Source of the DNA: an uncultured Bacilli bacterium
GTDB lineage: Bacteria; Bacillota_I; Bacilli_A; RF39; UBA660
NCBI GenBank assembly: GCA_944358145.1
Contig: CALVQO010000001.1
Coordinates: forward strand, 1-63,034
Direction: 5' to 3'
Length of the DNA stretch: 63,034 nucleotides
In this document: positions 46,260 through 54,863 of the stretch, piece after piece
Numbering within the stretch: position 1 is the stretch's first letter
Layout: each line of letters starts with the position of its first letter
Translations under genes and position numbers: made by a program
Notes under the pieces: model-generated
What the model saw: the letters and a program-made list of their open reading frames with translations, nothing else
Databases searched by the model: none
What the model was told of the DNA's origin: nothing

Positions 46260-46961
46260 ATGGCAAATAAAAAATGTGCAATAAAAAAAGATTTAAAAAA
46301 TATTGTTTTAAATAAAAATTATGATTTAATAATTTATAGATTAATTGGTAATAACTATTTAGATTTTTTATTTTCAAAATCTGACAATAAGTGGTTAATT
46401 GATAATTTGACAAAAAAGGATATAATTTCAGAAGAACAAATTGTTAAATTATTAGATAGGCTAATTTTTTTGTTAAAAAGTGATTTTATAAGTACATTAG
46501 CACATCAAGAGTTTATTATAGAAAAAATAATTATATCTAACAAAGAATTAATAGGGGACTATTTAAAAATAAAAAATAATTTAAACAATTCAGAATTTAA
46601 TGATTTTATTAATCAAAAAATTTATAATATAATTGTAAGTAATTTTTGTAAGAATATAAAATATATACCTGAATTAAAGGAGTTGGTAACTAAAACAGGT
46701 ATAAGTTTAAATAAAAAAGATCATAATAACTTATTAAAAATAAAAAAACTTTTAATGGATATTATTAATTGTAATCAAAAAGAATATCATGCCATTTATC
46801 TTTTTAGTGATATTGATTATGATATTAAATATGAAATTAAAAGAAATAAAATAGATTCTAAAAATATTATAAATCAAATAATTAGCAATTATATTTATAG
46901 ATATTCTATACTTTTAAATAACTATTATAATAAAAAGCAATATCTAGAAATATTTGAATAA
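46260..46961 (+). CDS. hypothetical protein (N/K/I-rich)
   Basis: 233-codon ORF in about 20 percent GC DNA, with RBS AAGGGGA. No recognisable motifs. Confidence 0.5.
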   Translation: MANKKCAIKKDLKNIVLNKNYDLIIYRLIGNNYLDFLFSKSDNKWLIDNLTKKDIISEEQIVKLLDRLIFLLKSDFISTLAHQEFIIEKIIISNKELIGDYLKIKNNLNNSEFNDFINQKIYNIIVSNFCKNIKYIPELKELVTKTGISLNKKDHNNLLKIKKLLMDIINCNQKEYHAIYLFSDIDYDIKYEIKRNKIDSKNIINQIISNYIYRYSILLNNYYNKKQYLEIFE

Positions 46962-47218
46962 ATATTAGTGGGAAATTTGTGTGTTAGTCCATACCAAACA
47001 ATATAAATCTTATATGTTGAAACTCTTAACACACTTGGGAGGGCGGGGAACGAAGAAGCAAATCGAAAGATTCTCTTTCTATTATCTACTACACGCATAG
47101 ATATATTTGCTTCTTTTTTATTTTAACTTTTTATTATATGAAAGTTTAGGACTTTTTAAGAGAACTATTTGCTTTATTATATTAATGTGCTAAAATATTA
47201 TAAAAAAGTGGTGATTTT

Positions 47219-48298
47219 GTGGAAAAAAATAAAGTAGGTAAATTTCTTGTACAATTGCGTAAAGAACAAAATTTGACACAGTATGATATTGCTGATCAAA
47301 TCCCTATTAGCAGAGAAGCTGTTTCAAAATGGGAACGAGGAATTACTAAGCCTAATAAATCTAGTTTGGAAAGATTAAGTGAAATTTTTGATATTTCGGT
47401 TGAAGAAATTTTAATAGGTAAAAGATTAAGTAAAAATAAGAAAGAAGAAATAAAAAAATTAACTTTGGAACTATATGGTAGCAAATTGTTTTTAAAAAAG
47501 GTAGTTATTGCATTATTTCTTTTTCTAGTTTTAATTATTATTTTATTTTTATTGTATTATTTTTTATCAAATTATAATTCTATAAAAGTATATACTATTA
47601 ATAATAGTAGTAATAATACAATTATTAATGATGGAATTTTAGTATTAACAAAAGATAATATATATTTCAGTATAAGTAATGTTCAGGCTAAAAAAACTAT
47701 CAGAATGATTGCACTATATTATATGGATGATGAAAGTAAAGAATTAATATATTCCACTGAAGATTGCTATATTAACTTATATGATTTTTATGGTTATAAT
47801 TCTTATTTTGATTATAACAAAATGGATTATATTATTGATAATTTATATTTGGATATTAGTTATGATGACAATGAAATAGAAACTATTAAATTAAATTTTA
47901 TAGAAGATTTTGCTAATAATAAAATTTATAATGATAAAGAAAAAAATATTGTTGATAATAAATTATCAGATAGTAATTTTAGTGCTGAAAAAATAAAAAG
48001 TGTCTTTAAATTAATAGATGATGTATATATTTATGAAGATAAAAAAAATAATTTAATTTTTTCATATATTGAGGATGCTAATTTATTAAATTTAATCTCA
48101 AGTGAAAAAAATAAATCATTTGAATGGTATTATTATTTTGATTCCAATACTTTAGAATATAATGAATATCAAGATCAAAATTTAGTTAATTCATTTAATT
48201 ATTCTAATAATAATATTATATGTAATATTAATAATTGCCAGAAAGATATTAAAAAAGTCAGTTATTTTTATGACAATATTAATAATATTTTAGAGTAG
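47219..48298 (+). CDS. membrane-anchored XRE-family regulator (HTH, TM, extracellular domain)
   Basis: N-terminal HTH (LRKEQNLTQYDIADQIPISREAVSKWERG), one TM (VVIALFLFLVLIIILFLLYYF) and a 230-aa outer domain. Confidence 0.7.
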   Translation: MEKNKVGKFLVQLRKEQNLTQYDIADQIPISREAVSKWERGITKPNKSSLERLSEIFDISVEEILIGKRLSKNKKEEIKKLTLELYGSKLFLKKVVIALFLFLVLIIILFLLYYFLSNYNSIKVYTINNSSNNTIINDGILVLTKDNIYFSISNVQAKKTIRMIALYYMDDESKELIYSTEDCYINLYDFYGYNSYFDYNKMDYIIDNLYLDISYDDNEIETIKLNFIEDFANNKIYNDKEKNIVDNKLSDSNFSAEKIKSVFKLIDDVYIYEDKKNNLIFSYIEDANLLNLISSEKNKSFEWYYYFDSNTLEYNEYQDQNLVNSFNYSNNNIICNINNCQKDIKKVSYFYDNINNILE

Positions 48299-48365
48299 GT
48301 CCCTAAAAAGTCCTATCTTTTTTTTGCTTTTATGATTATAATTTGTTTAAAAGAATGGAGGAATT

Positions 48366-49088
48366 ATGAAAAGAAAAAGTTTGTATTTTATTTGCTTAGT
48401 CAGTTTATTTTCTTTTACATCTCATGTACAAGCAAAAGAAGTTTATTACGTTAATCAAAATAATGTCGAATTTACAAAGGAAGAATATGATTTTATATCA
48501 TATATGTTTTGGGATGGTGCACAAAATCAAATGAGTTTAAATGATTATGATGATTTTGTAAATTCAAATATTATGAATGGTGAGTTAGATTCACAAATAT
48601 ATTATGATTTACCATTAACACGTTCTACATCTATCGAAGATGCTAATAGAACTTTAAAGATTGTTAAAAGTTGCTCATCAAATTGTTTTATTTCAGTTAC
48701 TCTTACATGGAAAAACTCTCCTACAGTTAGAAGTTACGATGTAATGGGTGCTTATCTAAGTGGTACAAGTTTAGTAAATACTCCTACTACTTCCATAACT
48801 GCTAGTGGTACAACAACAACTTATCGAGATATTAAAAATGATACTAATGGTTTTGGTGTATCAATGAAGTTACCTACTTATGGAACATCAATGGTTATTA
48901 ATCAGAGTTTTAGAGTAAACAAAGGTGGAACAGTATATGCTAGTTATCAACACGCTATGAAAAGTATTAGCTTAGCAAATAGTAAAAATTATACAATTTC
49001 TCGCAATGGATATGGTGGCGTATTTCAATTTAGTGGTACTGCATTAACTACTTATGACAGAATGAATGGTGTAAATATTTCTGTTTAA
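48366..49088 (+). CDS. secreted hypothetical protein
   Basis: Signal peptide ..TSHVQA/KE, a beta-rich S/T-rich body, RBS GGAGG. Confidence 0.6.
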   Translation: MKRKSLYFICLVSLFSFTSHVQAKEVYYVNQNNVEFTKEEYDFISYMFWDGAQNQMSLNDYDDFVNSNIMNGELDSQIYYDLPLTRSTSIEDANRTLKIVKSCSSNCFISVTLTWKNSPTVRSYDVMGAYLSGTSLVNTPTTSITASGTTTTYRDIKNDTNGFGVSMKLPTYGTSMVINQSFRVNKGGTVYASYQHAMKSISLANSKNYTISRNGYGGVFQFSGTALTTYDRMNGVNISV

Positions 49089-49190
49089 AAGCATAGATTA
49101 TGCTTTTGATGAAAAGAAGGGAGGATTTGCTAATGTAAAATATATTAATGTTCATTATTTAATAAGTATTAAAAAGGAAAGGTAGAAAAA

Positions 49191-50339
49191 ATGAAAAGAA
49201 AAAAAATTATATTAGTAGTTGCCCTCGTAATGATATTTTTAATAGGGACTATAAGTGCTGGTGCAACTCAAAATAGTAGCTTGTTATTAAAAAACGCTCA
49301 ACAGGCAGATCTTGCAAGTAAGATACAAGAAAAGATTGAAGAAGAATCCTATCCGGATTACTTTGGTGGAATCTATATAAGTGATGATTCTAATCATGTT
49401 GTACTTCAGATTGTAAAAGATAAAATTCCAAAATCCAAAAGTTCTAATGAATATACAACGTTTAAAAATGTTTCTGAAATGGATAGTGATATTGAAATAG
49501 AATATGTTGATAATTCTTATAAAGATTTGAATGATATCAATAATAAATTGATAGAATATTTTTCTTCTGAAGATGCAGATATATCAAATCTAAATGCGCA
49601 TTATATAGATGTTATTAAAAATCAAGTTGTAATAGAATTAAAGAGTGACAAAGCAGATAAAATTAACGTAATCAAAGAAAAAGCTTTTGATACGAATACA
49701 ATTTCTAAAATGAATGTGAATTCAAATTTAATTAAAATTGTCCAAAAGGATTCTACAAATAATGATTTAGCTTTAAAATCAGGGCAAAAAATTTCAACAT
49801 CTCTTGGTTCTTGTTCAATGGGGTTCAGAGTGAAAGTTAATGGCGAAAAAGGTTATATTACTGCAGCACATTGTTTTGAGGGAAATGGAGATAGTTCAAC
49901 CGGTGGAAAAGTTCAATGGTGGAAATATAGTGGCAAAGTAGATGCAGCTTTTGTCAAAAAAGGCGCACTTAATATTTTTTCAGATCCTTCAAATGAATTA
50001 GCATATACAAGCGGTGATATAAAAGAGTTAAATGCCAGTGTATCAGCTATTCCATCAGTTAATATGACAATTGCAAAAGCAGGTTTTAAAACTGGATATA
50101 CAACTGGAAAAATTAAAAACACAAATTATTCTGGTGTATACAATGGTACATATTTTACTGGATTAATAGCTAGTGATATGCATACAGACAATGGAGATAG
50201 TGGAGGACCAGTATTTATTCCAATGAATATTAATGGTGGTGCCACTTTGTTGGGTATAGTGAAAGGAACTTCATCTTATGGTAGTGCCTTTGTAAGTGTA
50301 GATAACATTTTTGCTGAATTATCATTCGTTAGATATTAA
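49191..50339 (+). CDS. secreted S1-family (chymotrypsin/alpha-lytic-type) serine protease with N-terminal propeptide
   Basis: Signal peptide, an about 170-aa pro-region, and a catalytic triad: ITAAHC, VDAAFV, DNGDSGGPVF. Confidence 0.85.
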   Translation: MKRKKIILVVALVMIFLIGTISAGATQNSSLLLKNAQQADLASKIQEKIEEESYPDYFGGIYISDDSNHVVLQIVKDKIPKSKSSNEYTTFKNVSEMDSDIEIEYVDNSYKDLNDINNKLIEYFSSEDADISNLNAHYIDVIKNQVVIELKSDKADKINVIKEKAFDTNTISKMNVNSNLIKIVQKDSTNNDLALKSGQKISTSLGSCSMGFRVKVNGEKGYITAAHCFEGNGDSSTGGKVQWWKYSGKVDAAFVKKGALNIFSDPSNELAYTSGDIKELNASVSAIPSVNMTIAKAGFKTGYTTGKIKNTNYSGVYNGTYFTGLIASDMHTDNGDSGGPVFIPMNINGGATLLGIVKGTSSYGSAFVSVDNIFAELSFVRY

Positions 50340-50383
50340 TAATAGAATTATGTTATAATATTATTAAAGGATGGCATTATGTT

Positions 50384-50908
50384 ATGAATAAAAATATGCT
50401 CTTGATAATGTTATTAGGATTACTAGTAATTTTGCTAATAATTGGATGTTGCAACATAAAAAATAAAAGGATTGATAATCAACTAGTTGAAATTAATAAT
50501 AGAATAACGGATTATTTTTTGATGGACGACATAGAATATACCAATTTAAGTTTTAATTATATTGATAGTAGCCAAAATAAAGTAATTGTTGGATTATATG
50601 AAAATACGAAAGAACAGCAAGATGAATTTAAAAGAATTGTTGTCAATTCTAATCTTATAGTTTTTGTTGATAGTAAAGGAATTGATAATCAACTAGTTGA
50701 AATTAATAATAGAATAACGGACTATTTTTTGATGGACAACATAGAATATACCAATTTAAGTTTTAATTATATTGATAGTAACCAAAATAAAGTAATTGTT
50801 GGATTATATGAAAATACGAAAGAACAGCAAGATGAATTTAAAAGAATTGTTGTCAATTCTAACCTTATAGTTTTTATTGATGGTAAAGAAAATATAGACT
50901 TAACATAA
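50384..50908 (+). CDS. lipoprotein made of two tandem protease-prodomain-like modules
   Basis: Lipobox LIIGC. Two 70-aa repeats (IDNQLVEINNRITDYFLMD.IEYTNLSFNYIDS.QNKVIVGLYENTKEQQDEFKRIVVNSNLIVF) resemble the propeptide segment LNDINNKLIEYFSSEDADISNLNAHYIDVIKNQVVIELK of the adjacent protease. Confidence 0.7.
   Translation: MNKNMLLIMLLGLLVILLIIGCCNIKNKRIDNQLVEINNRITDYFLMDDIEYTNLSFNYIDSSQNKVIVGLYENTKEQQDEFKRIVVNSNLIVFVDSKGIDNQLVEINNRITDYFLMDNIEYTNLSFNYIDSNQNKVIVGLYENTKEQQDEFKRIVVNSNLIVFIDGKENIDLT
50471..50890 (+). repeat. 2 x 210-bp near-identical tandem duplication (coding)
   Basis: 50471-50680 and 50681-50890 differ at only a handful of positions. Confidence 0.9.
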
Positions 50909-50924
50909 ATCAAAAAATAATCTT

Positions 50925-50967
50925 AAGGGCTATTGGGAGTAAATTCTCATAGCCTTTTTTATTTTTT
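50925..50967 (+). terminator. intrinsic terminator
   Basis: AAGGGCTAT ... ATAGCCTT stem followed by TTTTATTTTTT. Confidence 0.7.
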
Positions 50968-51140
50968 CAAATTCCTTGTAGTATTTGCACGAGGAAACTA
51001 ATCAAAATAGATTTTTTATAAGATGCTATATGTGGTATGATTCTTTGAATAAAATTATTGTATCACAAAAATTCTTTTTAACTTTTCAAAAATTAAAAAA
51101 CTGCTAAGAAATTAATTATTTAATTTCTCAACAGTTCTTT

Positions 51141-51926
51141 TTAATTTCTTGATCTTATCCTAATCTTATAATTATTTTCATTCAAATGCACATCTCTTTT
51201 AGCATAACTATATAAATTTTCTATTGCATTCATTTTTTCATGTTGTGTTTTTTGATTATTTAAATCTAGTGCATCAATGTATAAATTTATAAATTCTTGC
51301 TCTGGTACAGTTTTAAAAATTGCCTCTCTATATCCAGTTTGATCTGTATATAATTTTAAAGTTTTTGAAGTAGATATCTCGGGGAAACCATATAATCTAT
51401 GATAAAACTTTTTTATTTTCTCAATAGTTAAATGATATAGATGATTAAAGTACAAATCGCCATGTTCATACAAAGATTTTAAGTCTATCATTCTATTATT
51501 AATTATAGAAACCATTTCTTTAGCTTCTTCATCACTTAAGCAAGGCATTGGTAGTGAGTATAATTCTCTAATGTATTCTTGAAGTTTATGAACTCTGCCA
51601 TTACGATCAAAAATAATAATTCCATGTCCTATCATGCTTAGTAGAACATTGCTTTGGCTCTCAAAATCTTTAATCGCTCTAGCATAATAATCTAATATTG
51701 GTTTTTCAAAGTATTCTATTCTAATTCCATCTACTAAATCAATACCTCGTGCTAAATTATTTGGATCTTCACTATTTGTAATTACTTGCAAATCCAAATC
51801 GGAAGTTTTAGTAGCATATCCAGTTGCTACACTTCCATAAAATACAACACCCTCAATATTCTTATTTTCAAGATACCCCTTTTCATTCAAGAAAGTTTTA
51901 ATTACTTCCGTGAATGTTTTTGTCAT
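51141..51926 (-). CDS. pol-beta-superfamily nucleotidyltransferase (ANT/Lnu-like architecture)
   Basis: GVVFYGSVATGYATKTSDLDLQV is the GS...D.D NTase motif, followed by a helical C-terminal domain. 261 aa. Confidence 0.65.
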   Translation of the reverse strand: MTKTFTEVIKTFLNEKGYLENKNIEGVVFYGSVATGYATKTSDLDLQVITNSEDPNNLARGIDLVDGIRIEYFEKPILDYYARAIKDFESQSNVLLSMIGHGIIIFDRNGRVHKLQEYIRELYSLPMPCLSDEEAKEMVSIINNRMIDLKSLYEHGDLYFNHLYHLTIEKIKKFYHRLYGFPEISTSKTLKLYTDQTGYREAIFKTVPEQEFINLYIDALDLNNQKTQHEKMNAIENLYSYAKRDVHLNENNYKIRIRSRN

Positions 51927-52237
51927 TTTCCTTTACCCTCCAACTATTATAAATACATTATAATATATAAATTTTAAAAAAACTATACGTTTGCTTAAAA
52001 TAAACAACATTTTGCCTTAATTTTAATATTTTTCCTATTTTTTAATAGTTTAACGGTATTTAAACATATTTAAACAAATTTTATATACTTTCAAATAAAA
52101 TTTTTATATGGTTTTGTTGCATTTATTTTGTCAAGTGATAAAATATAGTAAAATCGAAGTAATTAGATGAAAATACGAATTTATTGGGTTATTATAAAAT
52201 AATAATCCAATTTTTTTAGGTAAAAATCTAAAAAAGT

Positions 52238-52267
52238 ATTGACATTTAAAATTAGTTCGGTTAGTAT
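52238..52267 (+). promoter_or_regulatory. putative promoter of the transfer/regulatory module
   Basis: TTGACA (52238-52243), 18 nt, TAGTAT (52262-52267), with TATAAA just downstream. Confidence 0.45.
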
Positions 52268-52323
52268 AAATACCCTGATGTAATTGCAGTGCTTATGTCA
52301 GGGGGATATAGGTGGTGGCAAAT

Positions 52324-52437
52324 ATGGGTAGAATTACATCAATATATTTTTGTGAATCTACAAATAATGAAGGATTTTTAAAAAGGAGCATTATCTTTAA
52401 TAGGATTAATGCCCCTTTTTTTATGGTACGGAGGTGA
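52324..52437 (+). CDS. possible 37-codon leader peptide ORF
   Basis: ATG 6 nt after GGTGGTGG. The ORF reads through the terminator hairpin, and its TGA lies inside the GGAGGTGA RBS of the downstream gene. Confidence 0.3.
   Translation: MGRITSIYFCESTNNEGFLKRSIIFNRINAPFFMVRR
52385..52422 (+). terminator. leader terminator/attenuator upstream of the ArpU-like gene
   Basis: GGAGCATTA ... TAATGCCCC (8 of 9 bp) followed by T7, located 20 nt before the next start codon. Confidence 0.55.
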
Positions 52438-52442
52438 TTTAA

Positions 52443-52898
52443 ATGGAATTTCATGAAGAATTTTTTGATAACTTACTATTAGATGCTGAAGAAATAAAAT
52501 GTTACTCTTATGAAAAATGTCGAGAAGAAGTAGAAAAGAAAATCAAAAAATATTTGAGAGCCCATTTTAAGTTTATTAACCTAATCCCACCAAAAATAAC
52601 TGTAAACTATGAATTTAGGTATGAAAGTTTTACTCCAAAGAAAATTGACAAAACTAGTGATTATGTTGCAGATAAGATTGATTCAGAAATGGAAGCACTA
52701 GAAATTTATAACAAACTAAAGCAAGTATGGAATAGACTTTCATATAACGAACGGGTTTACACTACTGAAGTTCTGATTTACAAAAAGTCAGAAAATTATG
52801 CTATTGATCATATGAAAAATGCAACAAGATATTTACTTGATCATATTAAGAAAAGCTGTATTATAAAACTTGCAATAGCATTTAATGTTGATGAGTAA
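52443..52898 (+). CDS. ArpU-family (sigma-region-4-like) transcriptional regulator
   Basis: About 150 aa. The C-terminal LSYNERVYTTEVLIYKKS.. segment resembles the ArpU/phage late-regulator pattern, and the gene heads a mobile-element operon. Confidence 0.5.
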   Translation: MEFHEEFFDNLLLDAEEIKCYSYEKCREEVEKKIKKYLRAHFKFINLIPPKITVNYEFRYESFTPKKIDKTSDYVADKIDSEMEALEIYNKLKQVWNRLSYNERVYTTEVLIYKKSENYAIDHMKNATRYLLDHIKKSCIIKLAIAFNVDE

Positions 52899-52917
52899 GA
52901 AATTACTCTTTTTTTTT
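52893..52917 (+). terminator. intrinsic terminator
   Basis: GAGTAA-GAAA-TTACTC followed by T9, overlapping the stop codon. Confidence 0.75.
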
Positions 52918-53037
52918 GAGTTTAAGCGATCTCATTAAAAAAGCTAAAATATTTTAGGAGGTGATAAAAAAGTTGATATTAAACCATATTATTCTACTGA
53001 ACTAGGAACCTTATATAAAGGGGACTGTTTAGAAGTT

Positions 53038-53790
53038 ATGGATTATTTAATTTCACAAAATATTAAGTTTGATGCTATTATAACTGATCCGCCTTATGCA
53101 GTTACAAATTTTAGTTGGGATCAAATTATTCCTTTTGATGCAATGTGGGAAAGACTTTTAAAATTAATAAAAGATGATGGGGCTATTGTTTTGTTCGGCA
53201 ATGAACCATTTTCTAGTAATTTAAGGAAAAGCGGTGAGGAATATTATCAATATGATTGGAAATGGATTAAAACACAAGTAACTGGTTTTGTTAATGCTAA
53301 ATATCAACCATTAAGATGTTATGAAGATATTATGATTTTTTCTAAATCTGGTGTAGTTCCAAATTGTTCCAAAACTATGTGTTATTATCCGCAGGGGTTA
53401 ATTCCTGTACATATAAAAAGTAAGCCAAAGCCTACCTTTTCAAAGGGCAAAAATTGGCATTTTAACAAATCAAAGGAATACATTAAAGAATACGAAAATT
53501 ATCCTCGTAATGTATTACAATTTGCTAGAGAATCTATTCTTTATCATCCTACTCAAAAGCCATGCAATTTAATGGAATATTTGATTTTAACTTATACTAA
53601 AAAAAATGAAATAGTATTAGATTTCACTGCTGGTAGTGGTTCTACTTTAATTGCTAGTGAACTATTAAATCGTAGATGGATTGGAATTGAAATTACGGAC
53701 AAATATTGTGAAGTTATAAAAAAAAGAATTGAAAATGGACTACAATTAAAAATCGATTTTGAAAATGATTTATCAAAGGAGGAAGATTAA
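53038..53790 (+). CDS. orphan DNA N6-adenine/N4-cytosine methyltransferase (true start probably upstream, about 52978)
   Basis: IITDPPY catalytic motif, HPTQKP, and SAM-binding DFTAGSGST. The conserved N-terminal LYKGDCLEVM block lies upstream of the first ATG. Confidence 0.85.
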   Translation: MDYLISQNIKFDAIITDPPYAVTNFSWDQIIPFDAMWERLLKLIKDDGAIVLFGNEPFSSNLRKSGEEYYQYDWKWIKTQVTGFVNAKYQPLRCYEDIMIFSKSGVVPNCSKTMCYYPQGLIPVHIKSKPKPTFSKGKNWHFNKSKEYIKEYENYPRNVLQFARESILYHPTQKPCNLMEYLILTYTKKNEIVLDFTAGSGSTLIASELLNRRWIGIEITDKYCEVIKKRIENGLQLKIDFENDLSKEED

Positions 53791-53948
53791 ATAAGTTATT
53801 TCAAAATAAAAAGTCGAGAGAATGTCCTTATAAATCTCGACCAATTAAATTTTATCATAAATAATAATAGGAATACAACTCTCATGATTGGGGGTTATTT
53901 TTTATAGAAGGAGTTTTAGCAGATGTATTAGCGTTAATTAATGATGCA

Positions 53949-54143
53949 ATGGGATACATTAAACTTTTTGTTATTGGTGGAACAGCTTTTTTTGTTGCCA
54001 AAGATTATGCTCTTAAAATGGCAAGCTCAGATGATAACGAAAAAGCAAGTTACGATAGAAAGGTTAAAACAACTATTATTGCAGGTGTTTGTGCATTAAT
54101 TACAACTCAATTTGTTTCTTGGGTATTGGGGTACTTTCAATAA
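53949..54143 (+). CDS. Maff2/VirB2-like two-TM small protein of the conjugation module
   Basis: 64 aa: a TM, the charged loop KMASSDDNEKASYDRK, then a second TM. Its stop overlaps the next start (TAATG). Confidence 0.5.
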   Translation: MGYIKLFVIGGTAFFVAKDYALKMASSDDNEKASYDRKVKTTIIAGVCALITTQFVSWVLGYFQ

Positions 54144-54538
54144 TGAGAGAACAATTTATAAACAATATAAACAATATTTTAGACAGTAAACAAATTGAAG
54201 GTATTAATTTAGAAAGAGTCGATTTACTAAAATCTGTTTTTCAGAATCAAGAATTGTTCAACAAATTATATGTAAATTTTAAAAATTATTTTACAAGTAA
54301 TTTTAATGAAGATGAATTATTCTTAAAAACTGAAGATTTTGTATATAGACTTCATTATGCAATAAATAATTGGCTAATTCCTATTCATAACTTAAATGAT
54401 TCAGAAGTAATTAAAACATTAAATAATTTAGTAGATAATGGTATAGATCTATATGAAAGTGTGTCCTATGATGATTATGATAAAGTTATGCTAGATGAAT
54501 TTGAAGAAATTTACTATGGAAAGGAATACAATATATAA
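54143..54538 (+). CDS. hypothetical protein
   Basis: TAATG coupling at both ends. Acidic, helical. Confidence 0.5.
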   Translation: MREQFINNINNILDSKQIEGINLERVDLLKSVFQNQELFNKLYVNFKNYFTSNFNEDELFLKTEDFVYRLHYAINNWLIPIHNLNDSEVIKTLNNLVDNGIDLYESVSYDDYDKVMLDEFEEIYYGKEYNI

Positions 54539-54810
54539 TGGATAAAGACCTGAGAAGATTTATCAGAAGTCATAATTTAGTAAATAGAATTTACGATATG
54601 CTTTTTTATTTAAAGGTATTAAAAAATAGTGATAATGAAATTAGTACTAAAAAATTTTTTTACTATAGATTAGAAGATGTCGAATATGTTGAGTCACTTG
54701 CTAAATTTTTTGAAAATAAGTTACGAAAATATAAAAAAAATCCAGATATTCGATGTAATTTACTAGATTTAATTCAAGATTTAGATTATTTAAAACAATA
54801 TTTAATTTAA
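54538..54810 (+). CDS. hypothetical protein
   Basis: Translationally coupled 90-aa ORF. Confidence 0.5.
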   Translation: MDKDLRRFIRSHNLVNRIYDMLFYLKVLKNSDNEISTKKFFYYRLEDVEYVESLAKFFENKLRKYKKNPDIRCNLLDLIQDLDYLKQYLI

Positions 54811-54863
54811 TAGTGCAAAATATTTAAATATTTGTTAAAATATAAGCAAATATGGAGGCTATT

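Noticed and set aside
52040-52220. A direct repeat ATTTAAACA x2 (about 52060-52082) and an AT-only inverted repeat TTGGGTTATTAT/ATAATAATCCAA plus T7 (about 52186-52217). These were considered as an oriT or a small RNA.
   Set aside because: Such AT-rich repeats arise easily in about 20 percent GC intergenic DNA. No relaxase or nic-site consensus is available in the window to anchor an oriT call.
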